Assembly: GCA_951406725.2 (NCBI GenBank)
Contig: OX597820.1
Location: 67,084,001 to 67,148,000, forward strand
Source: Octopus vulgaris
Lineage: Eukaryota
Direction: 5' to 3'
Length of the DNA: 64,000 bases
The translations under genes were made by a program, and so were the position numbers. Positions 15,722 through 29,366 of this stretch are shown piece by piece. The number at the start of each line of letters is the position of its first letter. Positions within the stretch are counted from its first letter, which is position 1. The notes under the pieces are model-generated. The model saw only the letters and a program-made list of their open reading frames with translations. It had not been told where the DNA came from and made no database searches.

Positions 15722-16058
15722 GAAGGCGCGTGGCTCAGTGGTTAGAGTGTCGGACTCACAATCATAAGGCAGTGAGTTCGATTCCTGGATCAGGCTGTGT
15801 GTTTGTGGTCTTGAACAAGACACTTTATTTTACGTTGCTCCAGTTCACTCAGCTGTAGAAATGAGTTGCGACATCACTGGTGCTAAGCTGTTTCGGCCTT
15901 TGCCTTTCCCCTGGCTAACATCAGTGGTGTGGAGAGGGGAGGCAGATATGCATGGGCAACTGCTGGTCTTCCATAAGCAACCTTACCCGGACGTATGCCT
16001 CGGAGGGAAATTTTCTAGTTGCAATCCCCTAGTCATTCGTGAACAGAGGGGTCTTTTA
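15722..16058 (+). mobile_element. SINE family C head and core with alternative tail T4
   Basis: Head and caagacactttattt..ttgctccagt..actcagctg..aaatgagttg as in 43008-43150, then a different tail. Confidence 0.8.
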
Positions 16059-16267
16059 CTGTTTGACGGACTGGTCTCCTCATATTGATTGTTGCAACAT
16101 CAAGATGAGAAGACCAATCCGCCTATTATAAACAGTATGCATAATATAAATTTCTCACCTCAGAAATATAGAATGGTAACAAGCGTTTGAAGCCATGTTA
16201 GATTGATCAACTTGTATATTTTGTCTTTCAGCTTTCCTTTCACAACCCTTTCATCTATGAGTATTGG

Positions 16268-16327
<60 letters not shown>

Positions 16328-16355
16328 TGTAATTATTCTGAATAATTTGTTTGAA

Positions 16356-16587
16356 TACTCTTTTTCTCTTTTGTTTGTTTCAGTCATTTTGACTGCGGCC
16401 ATGCTGGAGCACCGCCTTTAGTCGAACAAATCGACCCCCACCCCAGGACTTATTCTTTGTAAGCCCAGTACTTATTCTATCGGTCTCTTTAGTCGAACCG
16501 CTAAGTTACAGGAACGCAAACGCACCAACATCGGTTGTCAGGCGATTGAGGGGAGGAACAAACACAGATACACAAACATATATATAC

Positions 16588-16590
<3 letters not shown>
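16356..16590 (-). mobile_element. SINE-B 3' half
   Basis: Matches the family B tail. Confidence 0.85.
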
Positions 16591-16624
<34 letters not shown>

Positions 16625-16632
16625 CACATATA

Positions 16633-16682
<50 letters not shown>

Positions 16683-16684
<2 letters not shown>

Positions 16685-16980
16685 AATCCAAACGGGAAAC
16701 AAAAAAACAACAACAATGGAACAATTACAGTATTATTATTAATGGCGCTCAGGAAATGGAAGCAGGGAGGTATGACGTTTCGAGCGGAGCTCTTCGTCGG
16801 AAACATAAAGAAGGAAGAGAGAGGAAAGAAAGATCCCGGAGCGGGCAACGGAGATAGAGAAAAAAACGGCTGGTGTTAGGAGTTACACATGGTGAAAGGC
16901 GGATGTTTACGATAACAAGAGCAAAGTGGGTTTTTAAAGGCAAAAGAGTGGAGACAAGGTTGGTAACGCAACAGATGTGT
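16683..16980 (-). mobile_element. Family P PLE-derived element with a hammerhead at 16770-16804
   Basis: Reverse complement gtttCCGACGAagagctccgctcGAAAcGTCatac, with a GUC cleavage triplet. Confidence 0.7.
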
Positions 16981-16999
16981 GTGTATGTGTGAGTGTGTG

Positions 17000-19900
17000 C
17001 GTGTGCGTGTGTGTATGTGTGTGTGTGAGGCGAGATAAAAAAACAAAAAATATATGTATGTGTTAGTGTGTGCGTCTGTGTGTAGGCGTGTGAGGTAGGG
17101 CGAGACGGTGGTCAGCATAGCAGCAGCATGGCAGACAAAGGTCAGTAGTAAGAAAAGGGAGGAAGGAGGAAGGGAGGGAGGGGAAGGGGTGGGGGCGTAT
17201 GTAGCGTGCCAGCGTGTGTTGAGTAGTAGTGTGTGTGTGTGTCCAGTGTCGTGGTAGTATTAGTGGCGAGTAGATTGAATGTGTGTAAGAGTAATGTATA
17301 TGTTTAAGCAATGTGTGTATAAGTGTGCGCGTGTGTGTAACGAAAAAAAGGGGGGGTTAGGAAAAGGACTCCAGCGGAGGGAAGATGGAAGAGTGGTCCC
17401 GCGGAGACGGGCGTGGGAAAACCCAACGACAAGCGACATCCCAGGAACGGGCGGGAGGTCTCGTCGGGTCCAAGGGCGAGGTGCATGCGGCGCGCATGCG
17501 TGCGCGAACCGGCGCAAGCGTGTGTGTGCGCGCGCCTGCGAGTGTGCGCGTACGTATGTGTGTGTGTGGATGTGTGAGTGTGTCTGTGTGTATGTCTGGG
17601 TGGCAGTGTGTCCGATGAATGTATGTGAGTATGTGTGTATATATGTGTGTGCATAGATGTATGTCCGTGTGTGTGTGTGTGTGTATGTGTATGAGTGTGT
17701 ATGTATGTACGTGTGGGTGTGGGGAAGTGTGTGTATGTGCATGTGTGTGCGCGTACATACAGGTGTGTGAGTGATGTGTGTGTGTGTGCATGTGTGTGTA
17801 TGTATGTGTGTGTGTGCATGTGTGTGGGTATATATGTATGTGTATGGGTGTATGTATGCGTGTGTGTATGTATGTATGTGTACGTGCGTGTGTGTGTGTG
17901 TATGCGTGTAGGTGTGCGCGTGTGCATGCGTGCATGTATGTACGTATGTGTGTGTGTGTGCATGTGTGTGGTGGATATAGGTGTGTATATATGTGTGTGC
18001 GTATATGTGTGTGTATGTGCGTACATGTGTGTGTGTATGCATGTGTGTGTGTGTAGGTGTGTAGGCGTGTGTGTATAGGTGTATGTATGTAAGTATGTCT
18101 GGGTGTGTGCCGTGTGTGAGTGTGTGTATGACATGTGTACAGCCAGTGAGTGTGTATGTGTGTATGTGTGTATGTATGTGTGTATGTAGGTGTGTGTGTG
18201 TGTGTGTATGTATGTATGTGTATGTGTGTGTGCATGCGTGTGTGTGTGCGTGTATGTATGTGTATGTGTGTGTATGTGTATGTATGTGTGTGTGTGTGTG
18301 TAGATGTATGTGTGTATGCGTGTGTATGCGTGCGTGTGTGTATGTAGGTGCGTGTGTGTGTGTGTGGGAGTGTAGGTGTGTGTGGGAGTGTAGGTGTGTG
18401 TGCGTGTGCGTGTTTATGTTGGTGTGTGCGTATGTGAGTGTGAGTGTATGGGTGTTTGTCATGCATGTGTGTGCGCGTGCAGGTGAGTGTGTGTGTAAGT
18501 ATGTGTGTGTGTGTATGTTTGTGTGAGTGTGTATGTGTGTATGTCTGTGTGTATGTATGTGCGTATAGTAGTATGTAGGTATGTGTGTGTGTATGTGTAT
18601 GGGTGTATGTATGTATGTGTGTATGTGTGCATGTGTATAAGTATATGTGTGTGTGCGTATGTGTGTGTATGTGTATGTGTGTGTGTTTATGTATGTGTGT
18701 ATGTATGTGTGTAGGCGTGTGTGTGTAGATGTATGTATGTATGGGTGTGTGTCTGTGTGTGTTTGTGTGTGTGTATAGGTAGGTGTGTGTGTCTGAGTGA
18801 GGGTATGGCTGTGTAGGTGTGTGTGTGTATGAATGTAAGTGTGTGTGTGTGTACAAGTGTAATGTATGTATGTAGGTGTGTGTGTGCCAGTGTATGTGTA
18901 CGTGTGCCAACCCCGTGTGTCAACAACATGTGTGTAAGAATACCATATGTGTCTACAAATGTGAGTGTATATGGGTGTATGTAAAATTGTGTGTGTGTAT
19001 GTCTGAAGTAAAACATTGTATGTGTGTGTATGTATGTATGTGTGTGTGTGTATGCGGGTATGTGTGTGTGTGTGTGTGTGTGAGTAGGTGTGCGTGTATG
19101 TGTATGTGGGTAGGGATATGCGAGTGTGTGGGTATGTATGCATACATACGCACGCGCACATCCGAAGCAAGCCCACACACACGAAGCGCGCTCACGCACA
19201 CAACGCCCAAGCAATACAACGCAAGCCCATGGGGCCGACCAAGCCCCCAGTGCGTTTCGATTCCACCGCGTGCGCGCATTGCCCGAATGAAAACCCGCTA
19301 TGGGGTAACCGAGGATCCGGCATCAGGGTCCAAAACCGAAAAGCAGAAAAGAGGGGGGCTGCCTGGTATGCAAAAAGGTGTATGTGTGTGTGCATCTCAC
19401 GTGTCTGGGTGTGCATGTGTATGTGTATGTGTGTGCCGTGCATGTATGTGTGCATGTGTGTGTGTGTGAAGTATGTACGCGCGGTGTGTGTGTGTGAGTG
19501 TGTGTGTATGTATGTGCGTATGTATGTGTGTATGTATGTGTGTATGTATGTCTGTGTCTGTGTGTGTGTGTGTGTAAGTATGTATGTGTGTGTATATGTA
19601 TGTATGTGTAAAAAAAGTGAGATGTGCATGTTGGTTTGTATGTGACAAATAATTGAAGTGTGTGTAGCATGTAAATGTAGTGAAGTGTGGTGTGTAGAAT
19701 GTATGTACGTAGATGGGTACTCATACGTATGTGTGTGTGTGAACAGGCGTTATTAATATGGGAGGTAGGTAGGTGTGTGTGTGTGGGTGGTGTATCCGAT
19801 TACATATCGCACACACCCCACACACACCCCCTTACCCAGATATTAGCGACACACACATATACAGGTGTGTTCCACACATCACATATTGATCAATGGGGTG

Positions 19901-20722
19901 CAAAAATATCCAACACTATTTTACGGTGAAAGCATGTAGACTCACACAACAGCGTTGCTCCCGATATGGAGCAGAACTATAAAGTATTGAAATTATTTTG
20001 CTAGGCCACTCAGGAACACTGCAGGATATATACACGCGCGCGCGCCTTTCGAGCGGAGCTCTTCGTACAAACACACACGATAAAGAAGGAAGAGTAGAGC
20101 GAACAGTCCCTCAAATTTATCCCAGTAGGAAACGGTCGGACAAACACCTACATACTATATATATATATGTTATTTAAAATATATATATACGCATCGACCA
20201 GCCTGATATATATAAGTATGAATATATATCAACAACATTCATATATATGTATGTAAATATATATGGCCAATATATATATGTATATATATGTATATATATA
20301 TATATGTATGTAAACACCAACTTCCATTCAAACATTCACGTACCCCTTCATTCAATCAAAATTTTTGATGAAACCAGCAAACTCAAACAATTTCAGATTA
20401 TGTTCACATATGCATAGTATATGTATCTTTATATTTTGATATATAACAGCATAGGTAAAAGAACTTTCACTAATTAAATGTACTTATATATTTTGATGTA
20501 TTTTCTTTATATATACATATGTATATTTATATACATACTTTTTACTCTTACTTGTTCCCCACATATGTAGGACAGCTAAGTATAGGTCTGTACTTATGTA
20601 TATCGGTCATTGATCGAATATATAGCTGTGTGCGACGTAAATACTACACCTAGTATCGCATAGCCGCAGTAATAATTACCACAAATACTACTGTCCACAT
20701 ACACACACGTATATATATAAAT

Positions 20723-20740
<18 letters not shown>
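17000..20740. other. Low-quality degenerate (GT/GTAT)n region with garbled repeat copies
   Basis: Indel-riddled versions of neighbouring elements, e.g. 20047-20066 hammerhead piece and 19620-20640 mirror of 20800-22050. Confidence 0.7.
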
Positions 20741-20753
<13 letters not shown>

Positions 20754-20779
20754 ATGTGTGTGTGTATGTGTGTGTGTTT

Positions 20780-20990
20780 GTGTGTGTGTGTGTGTTTGTC
20801 CCCCTAGCATTGCTTGACAACCGATGCTGGTGTGTTTACGTCCACGTCACTTAGCCGTTCGGCAAAAGAGACCGATAGAATAAGTACTGGGCTTACAAAG
20901 AATAAGTCCCGGGGTCGATTTGCTCGACTAAAGGCGGTGCTCCAGCATGGCCGCAGTCAAATGACTGAAACAAGTAAAAGAGTAAAAGAG
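20780..20990 (+). mobile_element. SINE-B 3' half
   Basis: Matches 29030-29228. Confidence 0.85.
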
Positions 20991-21014
20991 TATGTATATA
21001 TATATATATATATA

Positions 21015-22075
21015 TATATAAAAAGGAAATGAAGAAATGAAGAAAGAAAATGCTGACAAATAATTGAAGTAATTTAAGTAATTTAATTAGGTGAAAGTTC
21101 TTTTTACCGGTTGCGCATTTGTTATGCTTATCAAAATATAAAAGAGAGATTAGAGTCTGTCTCTTATATGTGAAAAAAAGAGGCTCCAGAGTTGTTTGGG
21201 ATTTGCTTGGTTTCGCGCCTAAAATTTTGATTGGTCATTATGAAGGGGTCACGTGAATGTTTGAATGGAAGTTGGTGTTGGGGTAAGAAAAAAGGCTCCA
21301 GAGAAGTTAAAATTTGGCTAGTGTCCCGCCTAAAATTTCTTATTGGCCATAATAAAGAGGTCACGTGAATGTTTAGAATTTTCGAAAATAGTGTTGTTGA
21401 AAATTCTTATTGTTCAGGCTGGTCAGTAGACGTCATGTGGATATTTTAAATAGCTTTTTAGCGCGTAGTTAGGGAGTGTATTTTCCGCTTGACTGGATAA
21501 GTAAGTTCGTTTAGAACAGGGAGAGCTGTATGTATGTATGTGTGTGTGCGCGCGCGCGCGTGTGTGTTTATATGTATGTTGGGGCGCGCGCGCGTGTATA
21601 TATGTGTGTGTGTGTGGGTAAAATTTTCAATATTTATAGTTCTGCTGGCCTTGTGCCTGTATCGGGAAGCAACGTATTTGTGTGAAGTCAATATTTACAG
21701 CCATTTCCAAAAAATAGTGTTGGATGTTTTGCACCCGTATTCAATTATGTGTATGTGTGGAACCATATATTTGTGTGTGTCATGGTGTTAATATCTGGGT
21801 AAAGGTGTGTGTAGGGTGTGTGCAGGTGTAAGTGTGTTTGTTGTGGGTTCGTGTTAGGGGCATGTGTTTAGAAGTGGTCTGTACTTATTAATAAGGTGGG
21901 ATTCCATGGTTATTCGCTGGGTATGAGTGGCATTGTCTTTAAATTTGTAGAGGGGAAAGATTCTAAACCGGTAAAAAGAACTTTCACCTAATTAAATTAC
22001 TTAAATTACTTCAATTATTTGTCAGCATTTTCTTCATTTCCTTTTTTATATATCACCACTCGTGTTCGACATCTC
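21015..22075 (-). mobile_element. 5'-truncated Penelope-like element: GIY-YIG C-terminus, pLTR with hammerhead relic, inverted terminal segment
   Basis: 21967-21854 (-) encodes FRIFPLYKFKDNATHTQRITMESHLINKYRPLLNTCP*. The segment 21048-21112 is repeated in inverted form at 21966-22030. Confidence 0.8.
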
Positions 22076-22082
22076 CTTTTTT

Positions 22083-22119
<37 letters not shown>

Positions 22120-22121
<2 letters not shown>

Positions 22122-22507
22122 AATGGAAGCACTCCGTCGGTTACGACGACGAGGGTTCCGGTTGATCCGATCAACGGAACAGCCTGCTCGTGAAATTAAC
22201 GTGTGAGTGACTGAGCACTCCACAGACACGCGTACCCTTAACGTAGTTCTCGGGGATATTCAGCGTGACACAGAGAGTGACAAGGCCGGCCCTTTGAAAT
22301 ACAGGTACAACAGAAACAGGAAGTAAGAGTGAGAGAAAGTTGTGGTGAAAGAGTACAGCAGGGATCACCACCATCCCCTGCCGGAGCCTCGTGGAGCTTT
22401 AGGTGTTTTCGCTCAATAAACACTCACAACGCCCGGTCTGGGAATCGAAACCGCGATCCTACGACCGCGAGTCCGCTGCCCTAACCACTGGGCCATTGCG
22501 CCTCCAC
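22120..22507 (-). mobile_element. SINE family E with tail T1, full length
   Basis: Complete head with A/B boxes through to ..aaccgacggagtgc. Confidence 0.9.
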
Positions 22508-22538
<31 letters not shown>

Positions 22539-22665
22539 TAAATATGTATATATGTATGTATGTATGCATGTATGTATGTATCAATGTTTTTATGTTCAGT
22601 TCTAATAAAAACAATTTTACATTAATCTGATGAATTACTCTACGCATTTGTAGAGAACAAATATG

Positions 22666-22782
22666 TTATTCTTATACAAGAATGTTGTTGACAGTAACTT
22701 CGAAGTTTTGGCGGCCAGCTCCGATGGCTTAGCTGGCCGAAGCTTCACAGTCACTGTCAACAACACTCTTACATAAGAATAA
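22666..22782. repeat. Imperfect palindrome, ~53-bp arms and 10-nt loop
   Basis: ttattcttatacaagaatgttgttgacagtaact..cggccagct / agctggccg..agtcactgtcaacaacactcttacataagaataa. Confidence 0.8.
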
Positions 22783-22830
22783 TAACTATTATATATATAT
22801 ATATGTATATTCAGACACACAGACACACAG

Positions 22831-22865
<35 letters not shown>

Positions 22866-22866
22866 T

Positions 22867-22966
22867 NNNNNNNNNNNNNNNNNNNNNNNNNNNNNNNNNN
22901 NNNNNNNNNNNNNNNNNNNNNNNNNNNNNNNNNNNNNNNNNNNNNNNNNNNNNNNNNNNNNNNNNN
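22867..22966. other. Assembly gap (100 N)
   Basis: Run of 100 n. Confidence 1.
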
Positions 22967-22969
22967 TCT

Positions 22970-24297
22970 CTATATGTGTGTATCGGCATATCCCAGAGTA
23001 TGGTATATTTCGTTTTGCATATTTTCTGGTGTGTGCCTATACCATCTTTTTTCTGTTGTATAGATAATAATGAAAAATGCAATGTGTGTGTCTATAAATA
23101 TATGTGTGCTTTAGTGACTTGTGTGTGTGTATATATGTGTTACAGTGTGTATGCAGCTACTGAGTTAATTGTATATTCTATTCAATAGTAATGTTGGGCA
23201 TCTCTAATATATGTAGGTTACTCTGCTTGTATATTTGTTGGTACTGTTTCGCTGTTTCTAATTTGAGCTGGAAGGAAAAGATTTTCTTTGTTTTAAGAAA
23301 ATAATTTAAAAATTAAAAATGCTGTTTTATCAGTATATGTATTTTTAGTTATTTCATGTTTTGGACTGTTCTTCCAGTCATCTTTCTTTGATTATTTTAA
23401 TTTTAAACTTTTGTTTATATTATGTATATTATATCAAACATAATATATTTACAGAGGTTCCTATTCTTATATTATTCTTCTTTATTATTTTACTGTTTTT
23501 GTCTATTTTATATATTTATATATATATTTCATTGCTTTTATACAGACACGTTGAGCATTCTATTTTTCTATTTTTATTCTATTTTAGGACATGTTATTAT
23601 GTATGTCCTACATTCACATGTATTACATGTATTATGCCGAGGCTAAATGAAACATTTCTTGTTTGTATTGCTTCAGTGAAACATTTTTAAAAAGCTTAAA
23701 TTTTTTTCTTTGACTGACTGGATATTACAGTTTTATAGAGTTTTATTCCTTGTGGTGCTACTTTATATTATGTTTTCAGCTCTATAGTTGTATAACTTAT
23801 ATTTTCTACTTTTAATTAATTTGGGTGATGCATCCTAGATATGTCTATTATTTTCTTGTTTTCCTATCTATTTTGGACAGTTCATTTCGTGTCCAGTTAA
23901 GGATATTGTAGCTGTAACTTATAACTGGGACAGCTAAAGTGTTGATACCTATTATCTTGTTTTTAGCATTGAGCTCTGTTTTTTAGTATTGATCTAACTC
24001 GTCTATAATATTCTGATTTTTTATTTTCTCTTTCATTTGTGTGTGTTGTGTCTTGTCTAGTTCATGGATTCCTAAGTATTTGTAAGTTTGGCTTTGGTCT
24101 AATTCTTTTATTTCATTGGTTTTATCTAGTGTGATGTTGTTACATTTATTATATTTCCTCTTTTCATGGTTACTTTGACGCATTTTTAATCCAAATTTCA
24201 TATCTATTTCTTTGGTAAATCCATGAACTGTCTTTAATAGTGTTTCAGCTGTTTGTCATTTGCAGCGTATCAGTTTTAGGTCATCCATAAATATAAG
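22970..24297 (-). mobile_element. R4/Dong-clade LINE RT fragment (heavily garbled distally)
   Basis: LIFMDDLKL/YAANDKQL..VHGFTKEIDMKFGL..YKYLGIHE..KTELNAKNKIIGINTLAVPVISYSYNILNWT, plus TILWDMPIHT near 22975-23005. Confidence 0.85.
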
Positions 24298-26808
24298 CAG
24301 CCAATGGCTAACATTTGCTGTCATGCTTCCTTCGCTGCCAGCATATCACAAATACTGACATCAAGGTGACAGAGGGGCTCCTGGAAAAGGATGAGAAGGT
24401 TTCCAGAATAAACGCTGGACTCTGCGCTGCAGGGTACTATTGGTTTATGAAGTTTCCAAGCCTTAAGATGGCTAGTGATATCGAGTCGTGTAAAGGGAAC
24501 ATGTAAAAATGCTATTGTAGAAATCCATATGATGTATTTTAGTGCTAGCGTGTGTGTGTATTTTCATTTATATTAGTACATGTAACCATATATATACTAT
24601 ATAGAAAACATGTAGTCAATATATTATTATTATTATACATGTATACATGTATAGCATATATATATTATATATTTATTATATACACTACATACATATGAGA
24701 CATACATACATATATGTATATATTATTCAATATAATCTATATATACTATTAGTTATAGCCAGACATTATTATGTATATATTTCGAGCATAAGAATAATAT
24801 ATAAGAATGAATTTATATATATATACAGTATATGTATTTTGTATACTATACAAGAATCCCCACACACACACACATATGCAAGAAGATATGGCACACAGGT
24901 ATCACACACGTACATAGCAACATCGATACATATTTAAATATATATGAAGTGTTTTTGTGTGTGAAAGTGTTAACTCATGTTTTCTTTCTTGGGATTACGA
25001 AATAGTTCTGCTTTTAATTTAATTTATGTAATAATACGTCCTTTAAATTTATTGACATAGAAGCAGAAGTGTTTGCATGCTGAATAGTGACGAATATATA
25101 CAAGTTCGATAATGACTTGTTACTTATTGACATGATAAGAACACACACACGGAATATACTTGTCACCAGTACACTACTGGGAGAAAAATTTATTTTCATT
25201 GGGTTAGATTTAATCGATTATAACATTAACACAATACATGTATCTTTGTTCACCTAAAATATCATATGTATAATCTAAGTGATTTTTCGCCCAATTATCC
25301 CTTTTCATTTTATTTTCTTTTTCATATATACGCATGTAATATGGGACAATATCAAATTAAGATGATCTTAAAAAATGATTTTTACTTATATTCAAAAAAT
25401 CTTCATTTATATGAGAAACAATATAAATAAATACAGGTATAAAATACATAGGAATAAATAAATATACATGTGCGATTAGTTTTTACTTTCATGTGTGATC
25501 AAATCAGTTACAATGTGTGGTGAGCAATTTGACATCGTCTGTTGTGGTTAATTGAATACTGCTTCAATCATTTTAAACAAAAATGTTTTCTCCGTAAAAT
25601 GTTAAAGAGAATAGATAAATTTTCAAGACGGATATTGACAGACTCTTATTTTAGATTGCGTTCAAGTTTTTACTATATAGTTATCGGCAAGTTCCTGGCA
25701 GAATAAGAATGGGGTATTCAACTGGTTTTGTTGTTTTATTTCTGTGAAAATATATCATGTATGCATATTTTTCCTTTTTGTTTTATATTGTCATGCACGT
25801 TAATTTTTACTTCATATATATATATATCTTATATCTTTACGCTGCTCACGTATGTGTGTTCAGCTGTGGATTCAAGCCTTATAGAAATACATTATTGTAA
25901 GTAGAATTTTATTTATTCTTTTAAATAATATAACAAACACACCAGATGTTGTGTGTTGTGTGTGTGTGGACAAAATATATAACAAACATACACAGATACA
26001 ACACAAACACATATATATATATATATATATATATAGATAGAGGTTAGCCATAACATACATATTAGATAATAACGATGACAGGTTTCTGTATATAGATAGT
26101 ATATATAGATAAAGAGAGAAGATGGATGATACACACATTTGCTTTTTCTATAGATAGATTTTTTGATAGATAGAGTGATAGACTTATTACTTTGCCACAC
26201 TGAAGAACACTGGTAGTCTTTTAGTTTGAATTCTCGATCAAAAAAAAAAAAAATAAAACGTATGATAATATAAAATAGAAAAAAATATATTATATAAAAG
26301 GGCCTGTCTGCTAATTTGGAGAGAGAAATAAGGAGCTAGAAAAGTGGATTGCTCAGGATTAGACAAATGTCACGCTAAAACAAAGGTCTGGTGTTTTGTA
26401 AAAGGTTTAGGTCTTCTCCTCAAATTAGCGGCTGTAAGAGACATAGAATGCTTTTGTATATATTTATTTCTGTGAAAAAAAAAATTGAATTTTTGTTTTT
26501 TTATTAGAAAAAGTGAATTAGGATCTTATTAAAGACTCCAGTACGCAGCTGATTATATTTTTATTTTTAAATGAAAATAAAATTTGTTTGAAAGTCACGT
26601 CAATATTGTAAAAATAGACAAATGATATTTTATATTGTAGAAGGCTTTAGTGAAAATAAGTCAACGGATTCTTTTTTTTCTAATAGACCCTTCTTAGACT
26701 TATAAAGGAATGAAAGCATAAGTAGGATTTTAAAATTACGGGGAGCAAACTAGAAATGAACAGCCATAACAAATTGAATTCTCTTCGCTTACGACTTCTA
26801 TGTTTTTG

Positions 26809-27316
<508 letters not shown>

Positions 27317-27739
27317 TGGATTATTATTTTGCTTTTTTTTTTTTCATTTCTATTGACAGGAAATAATCATGCTTTCCTCCAAAACATTAGAAGTCGTAAT
27401 CGGAAACAAAAGGTGTATAGAGAAGATTAATAAGTTTGTTGCAGTGAAAAACGTAAAGTGTTAACATTTCCTGGATTTGACTCCACGAAATTTTAACATT
27501 TGCACAAGAACGCTCGCTTCACTTCCCATGAAAATTAATTCATTACGCTTAAATATATTGGGCCCCTCCTCTTCCCTTTAGAGGAAAGGAGAAAATCAGA
27601 TAATGCGATAATTATGGGAATCCGTTTCCGCAAAACAATAGAAACGTTTCACTAAAGTGAAAAAACTTCGCCTGGGAAAAAGAAACCCCGTCGCTATCTC
27701 GACTATGAGCTATTTCGCTTCTAATAAATAACGGTTTCA

Positions 27740-28100
27740 AACTTTGGCACAAAGCCAGTAGTTTTTACAGGAAGGGGTCTAGTTCGATTATATCGACCCC
27801 AAAGCTCAATAGGTACTTAATTTATCGGCAACGAACGGATGAAATCGACTTCGCCGGCATTTGAACACAGAATGAAAACAGTCAGTGGAAATACCGCTAA
27901 GCATGTTGCCCGACGCATTAACGATTCTGCCAGCTCATCCCCCTAAAAATAATCCCCTCCTAAAAATAATTTTTTCTAATTTTGGCACAAGGCCAGCAAT
28001 TTTAAGGGGAGGAGTAATTGGTTACATCAAGCCAAATGTTCAACTGGTACATTTTTTTTTATCGATTCCGAAAGAATGAAAGGCGAAATTGACCTCGGCT
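27740..28100 (-). mobile_element. Two old diverged SINE-A copies
   Basis: ttggcacaa..gccag..tcgacccc..ggtac..tttatcg..gaaaggc motifs. Confidence 0.65.
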
Positions 28101-28421
28101 TAATAGCAGCATTTCGTCCCATGCTTAACAGCATTTTGTCTGGTGTGCTAAAGATTTTTCCAGCCCGTCGATTTTCACCTCCAATAAATAATGAGGGAGA
28201 GGAAGATTTCGTAGATTATTAAGTTGACCCCAGAACTTGACTAGCATATATTTTGCTGATACCGAGCAGGATGAAGGGCAAGTTTCAAGATGGCGATAAT
28301 TAGACGCTGAATCTAAATAGATTGAACTAAATATTACAGGTAGCTCCACCGCTTTTATCTTACTCCACATCACTCCATTTCATCGCATCTCCAAGAAATG
28401 ATAATTTGAAACAGGCACAAG

Positions 28422-28467
<46 letters not shown>

Positions 28468-28521
28468 AAATCTCAGAGCGAGTTATAAACAGTAGCGGTA
28501 ACACATGGCAAATATACGTCA

Positions 28522-28574
<53 letters not shown>

Positions 28575-28578
<4 letters not shown>

Positions 28579-28756
28579 AGAGTTCACGAAAAAAAAACAA
28601 AAGACGAAGACAGGTGGTGTACAAAACAAACAGATGTATTAGTATAACGCTCAGGAATTGAATAAGTCTTTTACGTTTCGAGCCTACGCTCTTCTACAGA
28701 AAATGACAGAAAAAACAAGGAGAGAAACAAGGAGAGAAAAAATGTGTGTAGTGGCT

Positions 28757-28760
<4 letters not shown>
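28575..28760 (-). mobile_element. Family P-related element with a variant hammerhead (28668-28703)
   Basis: Reverse complement ttttCTGTAGAagagcgtaggctcGAAAcGTAaaag; flanked by TA arrays. Confidence 0.6.
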
Positions 28761-28794
<34 letters not shown>

Positions 28795-28797
<3 letters not shown>

Positions 28798-28952
28798 CTC
28801 AGGAGTGGCTGTGTGGTAAGTAGCTTGCTTACCAACCACATGGTTCCGGGTTCAGTCCCACTGCGTGGCACCTTGGGCAACTGTCTTCTACTATAGCCTC
28901 GGGCCGACCTTGTGAGTGGATTTGGTAGACGGAAACTGAAAGAAGCCCGTCG

Positions 28953-29007
<55 letters not shown>

Positions 29008-29228
29008 ATGTATGTGTTTGTGTGTCTGTGTTTGTCCCCCCCCCCAACATCGCTTAGCAATCGATGCTGGTGTGTTTACGTCCCCGTAACTTAGCGGTTC
29101 GGCAAAAGAGACCGATAAAATAAGTCCTAGGCTTACAAAGAATAAGTACTGGGGTCGATTTGCTCGACTAAAGGCGGTGATCCAGCATGGCCGCAGTCAA
29201 ATGACAGAAACAAGCAGTAAAGATAAAG
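28795..29228 (+). mobile_element. SINE family B, full length
   Basis: tRNA-like head (tggctgtgtggtaag..ggttcagtccc), internal (TA)(TG) tract, A-rich tail. Confidence 0.9.
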
Positions 29229-29366
29229 ATATATATATATATGATAAAAATTAACGTAAGCAGTTACGCACAATATAAAACAATAAAGGAAAAATCTAAA
29301 CGTCACAATACATAGATATATATTTCTGAAAGCCACAAACAAGGCGAGAAACCAGTTAGTGTAAGG

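Noticed and set aside
17340-19380. GC-rich islands at 17340-17520 and 19140-19380 suggesting foreign DNA
   Set aside because: They lie within a low-quality region and contain garbled SINE-B words (gggccgaccaag), so they are probably consensus noise.
22120-22507. tRNA genes at SINE heads (also 43008, 15722, 28795)
   Set aside because: A/B boxes are present, but each continues into a SINE body with no proper acceptor stem or terminator.
22625-22662. CTGATGA plus a CTCTAC/GTAGAG hairpin as a hammerhead
   Set aside because: No GAAA, stem III or stem I in the required positions.
24315-24506. 63-aa ORF adjoining the R4 RT fragment
   Set aside because: No recognisable motif, non-ATG start, and noisy sequence.
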